From Gemmatimonadota bacterium (GTDB lineage Bacteria; 4572-55; J002), in contig RFFQ01000113.1 of NCBI GenBank assembly GCA_003697105.1, positions 1-64,000 on the forward strand: a stretch of DNA of 64,000 bases. Reading direction: 5' to 3'. The number at the start of each line of letters is the position of its first letter. Position 1 is the stretch's first letter. This document shows, piece by piece, positions 10,059 through 19,816 of this stretch. The notes under the pieces were generated by a model. The model was not told the origin of the DNA. It saw nothing but the letters and a program-made list of their open reading frames with translations, and ran no database searches. Made by a program: the position numbers and the translations under genes.

Positions 10059-10652
10059 ATGAAGCATCCGTTAGTAAACGTAGTTATATGGATTTTGATA
10101 CTGACTTTTGTGACGCATACCGTTTGGGCTCGTCCCGGTGACCCTAATGCCGGTGGGGATGATGGCGGATTATTGAATACCGATGACCCCACCGTGTTGG
10201 TATTGAGTATCTCGGCGGGGGTGCTGCTTGTCGGAGGGCTTATCTGGTGGTATATGGATAAAAAACAATCCGAGGAACTAGAAGCCGTGCGGCAAGAAGC
10301 AGTGACCATTGGTGAACGGCATGATATTGGGCTTTTCCCGTACCAGACCCAAAATCAAGCGGCAGAGGAACAACAGCTAGACCAGCAACTCACCCAGTTT
10401 ATGTTTGAGGCACTGCGAGACTCGGACAAATTTATTGTAAATGAGACCTCCTCACTCACCGAAAAAGCCATCATGGTTTTGGGAGAGGTCTCCGTGTTTG
10501 GGTCGATTATCGAGGTCGAAACGCGGATGGTTGACTCTCAATTTGGGAAAACCCTATTCAAAGAAACCCAATCCTTTGAAACGGTGGATGATATTCCGGC
10601 GGCATTTTCGGAGATTGTCCTCCGCATGGCGGAAGCGTTGGAATCTGAGTAG
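10059..10652 (+). CDS. Hypothetical exported/membrane protein (signal peptide, TM helix, possible CsgG/TolB-N-like domain)
   Basis: AAGGAG at 10042, ATG 10059; hydrophobic N-terminus ending VWA; TM VLVLSISAGVLLVGGLIWWY; C-terminal VLGEVSVFGSIIEVETRMVD. Confidence 0.65.
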   Translation: MKHPLVNVVIWILILTFVTHTVWARPGDPNAGGDDGGLLNTDDPTVLVLSISAGVLLVGGLIWWYMDKKQSEELEAVRQEAVTIGERHDIGLFPYQTQNQAAEEQQLDQQLTQFMFEALRDSDKFIVNETSSLTEKAIMVLGEVSVFGSIIEVETRMVDSQFGKTLFKETQSFETVDDIPAAFSEIVLRMAEALESE

Positions 10653-10670
10653 GGACGTTGCCATAACAAC

Positions 10671-10860
10671 AAAATCAACGTGCCTGCCGGGTTGGTATTT
10701 CATCACTATCTGTACCCGTGACCGGCAACCGTTTTTTTGGTCATATCGAAAATAGTGAAATGCACCTTTCGCCCATCGGGGAAATCGCTGCGCAATTCTG
10801 GCACGAAATCCCCCGGCATACGACCGGTTTTGTCACAACGGTATCATCGTTATTCATGAT
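10671..10860 (+). pseudogene. Decayed REP-associated tyrosine transposase (RAYT/TnpA-REP) fragment
   Basis: PGWYFITICTRDRQPFF, frameshift in the T-run near 10732-10738, then GHIENSEMHLSPIGEIAAQFWHEIPRH and a remnant HNGIIVI; no start codon and no intact HUH or catalytic Tyr. Confidence 0.75.
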
Positions 10861-10866
10861 AACCGT

Positions 10867-11041
10867 GTAGGGGCATTGCAATGCCGCCGTCGTAAAAACG
10901 TCATCCGTAGAGACGTTGCATTGTAATGCCGCCGCCGTAAAAACGTCATCCGTAGAGACGTTGCATTGCAACGTCTCTACCACGATGACATCGCCCAATG
11001 CAACGTCGCCGCCGTAAAACGTTGCATTGTAACGTCTCTAC
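10867..11041. repeat. GTAG-type REP palindromes within a 45-bp tandem duplication
   Basis: Perfect palindrome GTAGAGACGTTGCA-T-TGCAACGTCTCTAC (10952-10980); 45-bp units 10873-10917 and 10918-10962; partial copies near 11016-11041 and 10649. Confidence 0.85.
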
Positions 11042-11082
11042 CCAATGAACAATGATGAATGTAACAATGATGGAGAATTTCG

Positions 11083-11571
11083 ATGGCAGAAAATCTGTTT
11101 GTCCCACCGGACGCTACGCGGGAGGAAACCTATCAAGTGCTGATCCCCCAAATTGAAGCGCTGATCGAACCTGAAGCTGACCTCATCGCGAATATGGCAA
11201 ATATTACGGCGGTGCTCAAAGAAGCGATGGGTTTTTTCTGGGTTGGCTTTTACCGGCGGATCAACAATGAATTGGTTTTGGGTCCCTTTCAGGGACCCCT
11301 TGCCTGTACCCGCATTGCTCTGGATAAAGGCGTTTGCGGGGCGTGTGCCTCCCGAAAAAAGACGATCATTGTCCCTGATGTAGAGAAGTTTCCGGGGCAT
11401 ATCGCCTGTAGTAGTGCCTCTAAATCCGAAATTGTTGTGCCCCTAGTGGTAGGCAATATCGTGAAATTGGTCTTGGATGTGGATAGTGACCAATTAGATG
11501 ATTTTAGTGAGATCGACCAGCGGTATTTGGAGGAAATTGTAAGTTTGATAAAACGCAGGCATTACCAATGA
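11083..11571 (+). CDS. msrC: GAF-domain free methionine-(R)-sulfoxide reductase
   Basis: WVGFY, LGPFQGPLACTRI, GVCG, FPGHIACSSASKSEIVVP, LDVDS. Confidence 0.9.
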   Translation: MAENLFVPPDATREETYQVLIPQIEALIEPEADLIANMANITAVLKEAMGFFWVGFYRRINNELVLGPFQGPLACTRIALDKGVCGACASRKKTIIVPDVEKFPGHIACSSASKSEIVVPLVVGNIVKLVLDVDSDQLDDFSEIDQRYLEEIVSLIKRRHYQ

Positions 11572-11651
11572 AAAAACAGCGGAGCATGTGCTCCGCTGTT
11601 CCGTACATCCGGCACCTGAAACATCTTGTTAATGACGTTTCAGGTTTTTTT
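11571..11651. terminator. Two hairpins between convergent msrC and acs
   Basis: AACAGCGGAGCA-TG-TGCTCCGCTGTT preceded by an A-run (minus-strand terminator); ACCTGAAAC...GTTTCAGGT followed by a T-run (plus-strand terminator). Confidence 0.75.
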
Positions 11652-11661
11652 GTAAGGCGAT

Positions 11662-13593
11662 TTATTGCCGTTCTTTTACTAATCGCTCCACTACGGAAGG
11701 ATCGGCGAGGGTAGAGGTATCTCCTACATGCTCCAGATCACCCTCCGCAATTTTACGCAGAATCCGGCGCATGATTTTCCCGGAGCGTGTTTTGGGTAAG
11801 GCAGGGGTAAACTGGATTTTATCCGGGACAGCGTGGTGTCCAATGTGTTCTCGAACGGCGTCTTTGATGCGTTGCACAAGTTCATCCCCCGGTTTAACGC
11901 CGGTCATCAGGGTTACATAGGCATAAATTCCTTGTCCCTTTATCTCGTGAGGGAAGCCCACCACTGCCGCTTCTGCCACGCCTTCTGCCCGACCAATCGC
12001 ACCTTCTACTTCCGCCGTGCCAATGCGATGCCCGGAGACATTCAGCACATCATCTACTCGACCGGTAATCCAGTAGTATCCATCTTCATCCCGCCGGCAG
12101 CCGTCACCGGTAAAATAGTAGCCCGGGAAACGGGAAAAATAGGTATTGATGAAGCGCTCGTGATCGCCATAAACTGTGCGCATTTGACTGGGCCAAGAGG
12201 ACTTTATCGCCAGATAACCTTGTCCTTCACCTTCTAATTCCTCGCCGGCTTCGTTGAGCAGTACCGGTTCTATCCCAAAAAATGGCAGAGTTGCCGAGCC
12301 GGGTTTCGTGGGAGTAGCTCCCGGTAGGGGAGTGATCAAAATACCGCCGGTTTCGGTCTGCCACCACGTATCGACAATGGGGCAGTTCTCTTTGCCGACC
12401 ACTGTGTGATACCAATGCCACTCAGGAGATTTGATCGGTTCGCCGACGGTGCCGAGTAGTTTCAGTGAGGAGAGGTCGTGCTGGGTGACCCACGTATCCC
12501 CTTCTTTCATTAGGGCGCGGATTGCCGTCGGGGCGGTGTAGAATTGTTGCACCTTGTGTTTGGCAACTACCTGCCAAAATCGACCGTAATCGGGGTATGT
12601 TGGTACACCTTCAAACATCAGGGTAACGGCGCGATTGGCAAGGGGACCATAGATGATATATGAGTGACCGGTAATCCAACCGATGTCTGCCGTACACCAG
12701 TAAATATCCCCCGGATGATAATCGAACACATACTGATGGGTGAACGAGGTATAGACGAGGTAACCGCCAGTGGTGTGGAGCACGCCTTTGGGTTTCCCTG
12801 TTGAACCGGATGTATAAAGAATGAACAGCGGGTCTTCGGCGCTCATCTCTTCCGGGAGGCAGTTGGCGCCCACTTTTGCCATCTCTTCATGCCAGTAATA
12901 ATCCCGTCCGGCTTGCATATTCACGGCGGTGCCGGTGCGTTTGACCACAATCACGCTCTTAATGGAGGGGGTCTGTTCGACCGCTTGATCCGCATTGGCT
13001 TTCATCGGGATGTCTGTTTTTGGACCCCGTACCCCCGTATCCTGCGTAATAAGCACTTTACACGCCGAGTCATTAATCCGATCCGCGAGCGATTCCGCAC
13101 TGAACGCCCCAAAAACAATTGAATGGATCGCCCCAATCCGGGCACATGCCAGCATGGCTATCGCCAATTCGGGGATCATCTGCATATAAATGCACACCCG
13201 GTCTCCCTTTTGGATGCCATGCGCTTTGAGTACGTTGGCAAACCGGCTGACTTCTGCCAGTAATTGATTGAAAGTAAAGGTCTTATCTTCATTGGGGTCA
13301 TTGCCCTCCCAGATGATGGCAACGTCATCACCATAACCGGCTTCCACATGGCGATCCAAACAGTTATAGCACGCGTTGAGCGTGGCACCTTCAAACCAAC
13401 GGATCTTCCCGTTCACAAAATCGAAGGATCGAACGGTATCCCATTTTTTGTACCACGTGATGCGACCGGCAACCTCGCTCCAAAAGCCTTCGGGGTCGGT
13501 AATCGATTTTTGGTACATCTCGTGATATTCATCCAGAGATTTGATATAAGCATTTTGTGAAAAGGTTGGGGGGGGATAAAATTTACCGGACAT
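11662..13593 (-). CDS. acs: Acetate--CoA ligase (AMP-forming)
   Basis: [53 protein letters not shown]. Confidence 0.97.
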   Translation of the reverse strand: MSGKFYPPPTFSQNAYIKSLDEYHEMYQKSITDPEGFWSEVAGRITWYKKWDTVRSFDFVNGKIRWFEGATLNACYNCLDRHVEAGYGDDVAIIWEGNDPNEDKTFTFNQLLAEVSRFANVLKAHGIQKGDRVCIYMQMIPELAIAMLACARIGAIHSIVFGAFSAESLADRINDSACKVLITQDTGVRGPKTDIPMKANADQAVEQTPSIKSVIVVKRTGTAVNMQAGRDYYWHEEMAKVGANCLPEEMSAEDPLFILYTSGSTGKPKGVLHTTGGYLVYTSFTHQYVFDYHPGDIYWCTADIGWITGHSYIIYGPLANRAVTLMFEGVPTYPDYGRFWQVVAKHKVQQFYTAPTAIRALMKEGDTWVTQHDLSSLKLLGTVGEPIKSPEWHWYHTVVGKENCPIVDTWWQTETGGILITPLPGATPTKPGSATLPFFGIEPVLLNEAGEELEGEGQGYLAIKSSWPSQMRTVYGDHERFINTYFSRFPGYYFTGDGCRRDEDGYYWITGRVDDVLNVSGHRIGTAEVEGAIGRAEGVAEAAVVGFPHEIKGQGIYAYVTLMTGVKPGDELVQRIKDAVREHIGHHAVPDKIQFTPALPKTRSGKIMRRILRKIAEGDLEHVGDTSTLADPSVVERLVKERQ

Positions 13594-13670
13594 TCACAAG
13601 CTCCTTTCGTGGTAAAAAGTTTTAATTATGGTGAAAGGGATTCGATGGGTAAATGATGAATCGATTTCAG

Positions 13671-13853
13671 CTAATTCATCACGAAGAACAGAATAAATGC
13701 CGCTCCTACAATCGCGGAAAATGAACTGGTTAGCACACCATACAGCAACCAGACATTTTCTTGTCTTATAATTCGCGGTAAAATGGCGATCAATCCGGCG
13801 ACCTCTGCCACAATAAACAACACTAAAATGACCAGTTTAAGTGTCGTTGTCAT
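13671..13853 (-). CDS. Small two-TM membrane protein (60 aa)
   Basis: ATG at 13853, 1 nt after the ankyrin gene stop; MTTTLKLVILVLFIVAEVAGLIAIL...LLYGVLTSSFSAIVGAAFILFFVMN. Confidence 0.6.
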   Translation of the reverse strand: MTTTLKLVILVLFIVAEVAGLIAILPRIIRQENVWLLYGVLTSSFSAIVGAAFILFFVMN

Positions 13854-13854
13854 C

Positions 13855-15957
13855 TCAATACGCTCCAGCTTGGCGCAGAATGTGGGTGATTTCTTCGTAA
13901 CCCTCTGCGGTTGCTCGATAGAGGGGTGTTTCATCATACGGATTGCGCGAATCAAGGATGGCACCGGCATCAACCAACAACTGCACCATTGCCGGCTGGC
14001 GTGCCATCACTGCCCATTGGAGGGCGGTAGCTCGGTCTCCTTTGACCTGACGCCGCCCCTGTTCATCGTAAAAAGTGACTTCCCGCCGGCGATTGACATT
14101 TGCCCCATGATTCAGCAAAAATTCGGCAAATTCCACATGCCCTTGCCGGGCGGCAATCATCAGGGCGGTTGTACCGTGGTCATCCTGATCTGTGGTGTTG
14201 GCACCCGCCCGGATCAATGCGTTGGCAAACATCATGTTACCACTTTCCGCCAAATACATCAAGGTTGTTTTGCCGTGTGCATCTCGATCATTGATGGTGG
14301 CGCCCGCGCGGATCAGCAATTCAATGAGGCGAGTATTGCCGTTGGCGAAGGCAAACATGATCGCCGTCCGTCCATGAAAATCTGCCAGTAATACACTCGC
14401 ATGTGCGGCGATAAGTCGTTCTGCTACCCGGTAATGCCCCCCTTTTGCCGCCAGCATTAAAGGTGTTTTCCCTTCATTATCGTGTAAATAGACCCCCGCA
14501 CCGTTATCGAGCAAATGTTCCACAACCTGCAAATGACCCGCTCCGGCAGCCGCCATCAAGGGGGTTGTACCGTCCTGTGCCGGTTCATTCAGATCCACGC
14601 CGTGCTTTACGTAAAAATCGACAATTTCCAGATGACCGGCTTTTGCCGCTTTGAAAAACGCGGTCTCGCCGGCTACATCTTTGGCATAAAGGTCACTCCC
14701 TTTTTTGACCAGCAGTTGAAATGCCTCCACATGCCCGTTTTCTGCCGCAATCATTAACGCTGTTTTACCGTCGATATCCTGATCGTAAGGGTCAAGCCCG
14801 CGTTGGTAGAACAGATCGATCAGGTCTGGGTTACCTTGTTCGGCGGCTAACATCAACATCGTACGTTCGTGTATGTCGCGGAGGGTGTAATCCGCACCCT
14901 GCTGGATCAGGAATCGTGCCGCCTGCAAACGACCGGCTTGCACTGCGGCGGTCAATGGATTTTGCCCGCGCACGGTGGTGGCGTATAGATCGCCTCCGCT
15001 ATAGAGGACGGTTTCAATTTGCGTCACATCCCCGCGAGCGGCGGCTTCAAACAATGCCCGGTCTGCGGGGTAAAGATAATCCCTCGCCCCGGCGTCGCGC
15101 AGTATCTCTACAATCTGGGTGTGCCCTTGGGCTTCAGCAATCATTAGGGCGGTTTGCCCCTCTGGGTTTTCCCGATCCAAATCCTGCGGCTGTTCGATCA
15201 ATGCCTGCACGACCTCCTGATCCCCCCGATATGCGGCAACCATCAAGGGTGTATTGCCTTTAAAAAAGCCTTTGTCAAATGGATCGTCGAAATCGGCTTG
15301 GGCTTGATCCGAAATCAAGCCCGGATAGCCGTACCACGCTACGTCAAAAAGCGGTTGGTTGGGTTCCGGGGCGGCTCGGCGGAGCCGGTACACCATCTGT
15401 TTAGCGGTTTCATTGCCGGTGAGGGCTTTCTTTTCCGCCAGATAAAAGGGGGAATCGTGCGGATCATCGGGTTCGGTCAAATCCACCTGATGGTCCACCA
15501 GCCACGCCAGCAGATCGAGATCATCATGTTGAACTGCCCATAACAGCGGTGTGACCCCACTGGAATCCGGTGCATTGAGATCAGCACCGGATTGGATCAA
15601 CTGTTGCAAGGAATCGCGGGAAACCACACCCAACTGATCAATTAAGCGAATCGCTGGGGAAGTGGGTTCTAGCGGTATGGCGAGCGTATCTACCGGAGCG
15701 ACTTCCGGCAACGTGTCCGGTAGGGCGAGGTTGAGGGAATCGCGGGGATGTTTCATCAGCAAACTGTCAATTTCCAGTGCTAGGGTGTCCATCTCCAGGT
15801 GTAGCAAGGAATCCAGCCAAGCGGGGGCATTTTGTTCTAGTATGTCATTGGTGATGATCCGGTTCGAGTCTGGCTGTTCCGCAGCGAAACAGACCCCCTT
15901 CAACAAAAGTAAGATGCTGGTAATGAGTAGGATACGGTTGGTCATAAATGATTTCAT
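13855..15957 (-). CDS. Secreted ankyrin-repeat protein
   Basis: Signal-peptide-like RILLITSILLLLKGVCFA; more than a dozen G.T(A/P)LM.AA..G repeats; start at 15957 or 15945. Confidence 0.9.
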   Translation of the reverse strand: MKSFMTNRILLITSILLLLKGVCFAAEQPDSNRIITNDILEQNAPAWLDSLLHLEMDTLALEIDSLLMKHPRDSLNLALPDTLPEVAPVDTLAIPLEPTSPAIRLIDQLGVVSRDSLQQLIQSGADLNAPDSSGVTPLLWAVQHDDLDLLAWLVDHQVDLTEPDDPHDSPFYLAEKKALTGNETAKQMVYRLRRAAPEPNQPLFDVAWYGYPGLISDQAQADFDDPFDKGFFKGNTPLMVAAYRGDQEVVQALIEQPQDLDRENPEGQTALMIAEAQGHTQIVEILRDAGARDYLYPADRALFEAAARGDVTQIETVLYSGGDLYATTVRGQNPLTAAVQAGRLQAARFLIQQGADYTLRDIHERTMLMLAAEQGNPDLIDLFYQRGLDPYDQDIDGKTALMIAAENGHVEAFQLLVKKGSDLYAKDVAGETAFFKAAKAGHLEIVDFYVKHGVDLNEPAQDGTTPLMAAAGAGHLQVVEHLLDNGAGVYLHDNEGKTPLMLAAKGGHYRVAERLIAAHASVLLADFHGRTAIMFAFANGNTRLIELLIRAGATINDRDAHGKTTLMYLAESGNMMFANALIRAGANTTDQDDHGTTALMIAARQGHVEFAEFLLNHGANVNRRREVTFYDEQGRRQVKGDRATALQWAVMARQPAMVQLLVDAGAILDSRNPYDETPLYRATAEGYEEITHILRQAGAY

Positions 15958-15980
15958 TTTGTGCCAATAGAGGTTGCGAG

Positions 15981-16448
15981 CTACAATAGCGCAACCAGCT
16001 TTTCTACAGCTTCTGCGGGAGTTTCCGCACGAGGGGCGGGGACATCCAGCGCCCACGAACGGAGCAGTACAAGCGGTTTTTGCTGGGAGAGTGCTACCGC
16101 AATTTCTGAGAGCGTACCGTAACTGCCCGCCAACGCAATGATTCCATCACTGGAACTGATATTGATCCAGTTGCGGGCATAGCCGATGCCGGTAAAAATG
16201 GGAATATCCACGTAAGGGTTGGGTGGGGACTCCTGTGCATGAGTGCCGGGCAGGATACCGATGGTCAATCCACCCGCGGTTTTTGCTCCTTTACAGGCGG
16301 CTTCCATCACGCCGGTACGTCCCCCACACAACAGATGTGCACCTTTGGCAGCAATTAACCGCCCGGTTTCATACGCTAAGTTGTAGGTGACAGTGTCACA
16401 TTCCGAGCCGCCCATAACGCCGATTATTTTTGCCGGGGTTGATGTCAT
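15981..16448 (-). CDS. TIGR00725 family Rossmann-fold (LOG-like) protein
   Basis: IGVMGG, CGGRTGVMEAACKGA, TGIGYARN, GSYGTLSEIA; ATGA overlap with the upstream gene. Confidence 0.88.
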   Translation of the reverse strand: MTSTPAKIIGVMGGSECDTVTYNLAYETGRLIAAKGAHLLCGGRTGVMEAACKGAKTAGGLTIGILPGTHAQESPPNPYVDIPIFTGIGYARNWINISSSDGIIALAGSYGTLSEIAVALSQQKPLVLLRSWALDVPAPRAETPAEAVEKLVALL

Positions 16449-16921
16449 AACAAGACCTTCCAATCGATAGTAGGTATGGTTTTTTCCAACCGGTGTCTAT
16501 CCTCAACCACATGAAACGTAAGATTTGTAAAAATGTGTTTCGCATAAAAATGCACTTCATCTAGGGGGCAAACCTCATCTTGTGCTCCCTGATAAATGGT
16601 GGTGGGTATATCCACTTGACCGGGCAGATTCTCCCCGAATGCCCGCTTGACCAATGCGGGCGCCAGTAACACCAACTGGTGCACTTTTTCCGGGTGGTGG
16701 ATCGCGTAAACGGTTGCCATCAAGCCGCCAAAACTGGAACCGACAATCCGCCAATTATTGCCTTGAGCTAGAATGGGTTCGAGCTGTGCCATGCGCGCTT
16801 CAAAGTCGCCGGTAAAGTCTGGGGTGACGATTTCATTGGGGAAAATTTTTCGCAAAAGCACTGCTTTGGTGCTTAGGCTACTGCTCTCCAAACCATGAAT
16901 AAAAATTCGGTTTATCTTCAT
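16445..16921 (-). CDS. Alpha/beta hydrolase (YqiA-like esterase)
   Basis: FIHGLESS, VGSSFGG nucleophile elbow, LLAPA, GAQDEV, DRH. Confidence 0.85.
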   Translation of the reverse strand: MKINRIFIHGLESSSLSTKAVLLRKIFPNEIVTPDFTGDFEARMAQLEPILAQGNNWRIVGSSFGGLMATVYAIHHPEKVHQLVLLAPALVKRAFGENLPGQVDIPTTIYQGAQDEVCPLDEVHFYAKHIFTNLTFHVVEDRHRLEKTIPTIDWKVLL

Positions 16922-16932
16922 ATTTTTATCCT

Positions 16933-17931
16933 TCAATTTACCGCACCATTTTTCTTTGCCCACGTTACAAACTCTTGCCGTACACTATCCAACCGGATGT
17001 TGATCCCGCTGATGTTCGCCCCTTTGATGCTCTTCATTTTTTTCCAATCGGTATCGAACAGCACCATTTGGCGAAGATCGGCATTGCTGAAGTCTGCTCC
17101 TTTTACATTTGTTTCCCAGAGCTTGGCTTTTTGTAGATTTGTATTGCGGAGATCGGCATTTTTCAAGTTGGCTTGGCTCAAATCGGCGCCGGGCAATTCG
17201 GCATCATACAATTTAGCATCTTCCAGATTTGCCTCCACAAAGGTGGCGCCGTCCAGTTTTGCCCGCCGGAAGGAGACATTTTTCAAGTTTGCCCCATCAA
17301 AATTGGCTTGGCGCAAATTGGCACCACTGAAGTCCACATTTTCCAGATGAACGCCCTGCAGTTGGGCACCTGCCAGAATTGCCCCGCTGAGATTGATCGT
17401 ACCCGCTTGGATACCTGCCGCTTTAAGTTCTGTGCGTTCCATTTCCACGTAGGCTTTGAGGGCTTCTGCCCGGACCCGGATATTGATCTGTGGATTGTAG
17501 ATCGTCTCCAGTAATTGGGCACGCCGGGCAAACCGGGTATCCAGACTTTGCGCGTCGATCTGCCGTTGGATTTGCCGGTTTTGCTGGGCGAGTAAGAAGT
17601 TTTGCTGAATCAGGAGCAAAAACGGAATGATGCTGATGACCAATCCCACGGTACCGACTCGGATCATCCGCCGTAGAATTGCTGCAACAAAATCAGCGGT
17701 CTCTTCTGCATCAAGCCGCTTTTGGTCGATCAGACTTTTGAACCAACGGCGGGCACTGGTGGTGAGGGATAATCCCGCGATCAATTTGACGGCAAATTCC
17801 GTGAAGGTTAGGGTTATCTTTCGGTATTGTTTTTTTGTTTCGGCAATCCGCTCTAGATCGCGCTGTAACGTGGCATTTTCTGCCTTGAGTTGCTCATTTT
17901 CCGCTTTTAATTTTTCCCATTGATCTGCCAT
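16933..17931 (-). CDS. Membrane-anchored pentapeptide-repeat protein
   Basis: N-terminal coiled coil, hydrophobic segment, then a long A(N/D)L(x)2 pentapeptide array. Confidence 0.88.
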   Translation of the reverse strand: MADQWEKLKAENEQLKAENATLQRDLERIAETKKQYRKITLTFTEFAVKLIAGLSLTTSARRWFKSLIDQKRLDAEETADFVAAILRRMIRVGTVGLVISIIPFLLLIQQNFLLAQQNRQIQRQIDAQSLDTRFARRAQLLETIYNPQINIRVRAEALKAYVEMERTELKAAGIQAGTINLSGAILAGAQLQGVHLENVDFSGANLRQANFDGANLKNVSFRRAKLDGATFVEANLEDAKLYDAELPGADLSQANLKNADLRNTNLQKAKLWETNVKGADFSNADLRQMVLFDTDWKKMKSIKGANISGINIRLDSVRQEFVTWAKKNGAVN

Positions 17932-18010
17932 CGGTCAATCCTCCAATCCGAAAAAGTGTATTGTGTGCGCCTCAGCATAGTAAAAAACGGGGTATAAATC
18001 AATAGGTTTG

Positions 18011-18039
18011 TTGACAGACGCCGCTTTTGAGCGTATACT
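18011..18039 (+). promoter_or_regulatory. Sigma70-type promoter
   Basis: TTGACA-17 nt-TATACT, 50 nt upstream of ATG 18090. Confidence 0.75.
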
Positions 18040-18089
18040 TTGCCCACACTCCTGCCAAAGACCCCCCTTTTCAGAAAGGCAAACCTTAT

Positions 18090-19067
18090 ATGAAAGCCGC
18101 GATATATCACCAATATGGAACGCCGGACGTCATTAAGCTGACCGAGGTTGAGACGCCGGTACCACACGATCATGAAATTCTCATTCGGATTCACGCGACG
18201 ACGGTTACAACGGTGGATTGCATTTTTCGTCGAGGTGACCAACTTGCCGCTCGGCTGTTTACCGGTGTCATGACCCCCAAATATCCCATTTTAGGGAGCG
18301 AACTTTCCGGCGAAATCGCCGCAACCGGTAAAGATGTGACCCGTTTCGCGGTAGGTGATGTGGTGTTTGCTTCCACCGCCGGATTTGGGGCACATGCCGA
18401 ATATGTCTGTTTACCAGAAGATGCCGCGGTGGCGCTCAAACCGGAACATCTAACCCACGAAGACGCCGCCGCGCTGGTGGATGGCGCGCTTACCGCATTG
18501 CCCTTTTTACGAGATACTGGACGGCTTCAACGCGGACAGACCCTACTGATCAATGGAGCTTCCGGTTCCGTGGGAAGTGCCGCCGTTCAACTTGCCAAGT
18601 ATCTGGGGGTAACCGTTACGGGGGTTTGCAGCACCAGCAATATCGATTGGGTAAGCTCACTTGGTGCGGATCAGGTGATCGATTATACCCAAACGGATTT
18701 TACCCAAACGGGTGATACTTACGACCTTATTTTCGATACCGTCGGTAAAGTACCGTTTTCACAGGCAAAACGGGCACTAAAACCCAGTGGCATGTATATG
18801 TCCACGGTGATTTCACTAACCATTCTCCGCCAAATGTTGTGGACATCCATCTTTGGTAATAAAAAAGCAAAATTTACTGCTACCGGGACGCGGTCTGCTG
18901 CCGAACGGAGGAAAGACCTCGCCTTTGTCAAAGACCTGGTTGAGGCAAATCAACTTAAACCCATCATTGATCGTGCCTACCCGCTGGAACAGATCGCCGA
19001 AGCGCATCGCTACGTGGAAAAAGGACACAAAAAAGGCAATGTGATCATCACTGTAGCCAAGAGATAG
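18090..19067 (+). CDS. NAD(P)-dependent MDR-family oxidoreductase (quinone-oxidoreductase-like)
   Basis: MKAAIYHQYGTPDV, LINGASGSVGSAAVQLA, IDYT, GHKKGNVII; no Zn-Cys cluster. Confidence 0.9.
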   Translation: MKAAIYHQYGTPDVIKLTEVETPVPHDHEILIRIHATTVTTVDCIFRRGDQLAARLFTGVMTPKYPILGSELSGEIAATGKDVTRFAVGDVVFASTAGFGAHAEYVCLPEDAAVALKPEHLTHEDAAALVDGALTALPFLRDTGRLQRGQTLLINGASGSVGSAAVQLAKYLGVTVTGVCSTSNIDWVSSLGADQVIDYTQTDFTQTGDTYDLIFDTVGKVPFSQAKRALKPSGMYMSTVISLTILRQMLWTSIFGNKKAKFTATGTRSAAERRKDLAFVKDLVEANQLKPIIDRAYPLEQIAEAHRYVEKGHKKGNVIITVAKR

Positions 19068-19069
19068 CC

Positions 19070-19801
19070 ATGAAACTGAAGGAAATATTTACCGCTAAAG
19101 ATGTCATCAAAATCGTCATTGAGATTGCCACCATCGTGTTCAGCGTTTTGCTGGCGTTTGGCATCAATGAATGGCGGCAAAACCAGATTAATCAAAACAA
19201 TGTGAAAAGCGTTTACGGGAGTATCCAGTACGAAATAGAAACCAATAAGCAAGCCATCCAAGACGCTTTTTCTTACCACGAAACACTGATCAAAGCAATT
19301 TACAACGGCGATCACTCCCGTGAAGTGGCAGCGTTTGATCTGAAAAACGAGCCTTTAGATTTTAACAATGAAGCGCACGTAACCGCCTTTTTTGCACGAG
19401 AGGTTGAGATTGATGACGATTATCAGCTCATCAAAAAATCACCCGAAAAATATCTGATTTGGTTCGATTATACCATGCGAGGCAAAATCACACTGGAGAA
19501 CGACACCTTAAAAATCTATTTTCCGAAAGGGATTCAATTACAGTCTGCGGTTGTAGCCAACAATGCTTGGGAGATTGCACTTGCCACGCAGGCAACGGTT
19601 CACATGGATTACAATATCGTGCAAAAAATGGCAGAAATTTATAAATTACAAGTGCTGTACGAATCTCTCAACATCGAAAGTTTGAAGATGCTTTATCAAG
19701 GGAATTTCAAACTTCCCGCACTGGAAGATATAACCGAATTTGAACGAATGTTACTGCAAAAATATGATGAAATGAATGTCTTACTTGCTAGTCATATTTA
19801 A
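19070..19801 (+). CDS. Hypothetical protein with N-terminal TM anchor
   Basis: 243-aa ORF; IEIATIVFSVLLAFGINEW followed by a helical region. Confidence 0.7.
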   Translation: MKLKEIFTAKDVIKIVIEIATIVFSVLLAFGINEWRQNQINQNNVKSVYGSIQYEIETNKQAIQDAFSYHETLIKAIYNGDHSREVAAFDLKNEPLDFNNEAHVTAFFAREVEIDDDYQLIKKSPEKYLIWFDYTMRGKITLENDTLKIYFPKGIQLQSAVVANNAWEIALATQATVHMDYNIVQKMAEIYKLQVLYESLNIESLKMLYQGNFKLPALEDITEFERMLLQKYDEMNVLLASHI

Positions 19802-19816
19802 AAGAAAGGGGTCAAC

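Noticed and set aside
10873-11041. CRISPR array
   Set aside because: The intervening sequences are near-identical rather than unique spacers, no cas genes are present, and the repeats are GTAG REPs.
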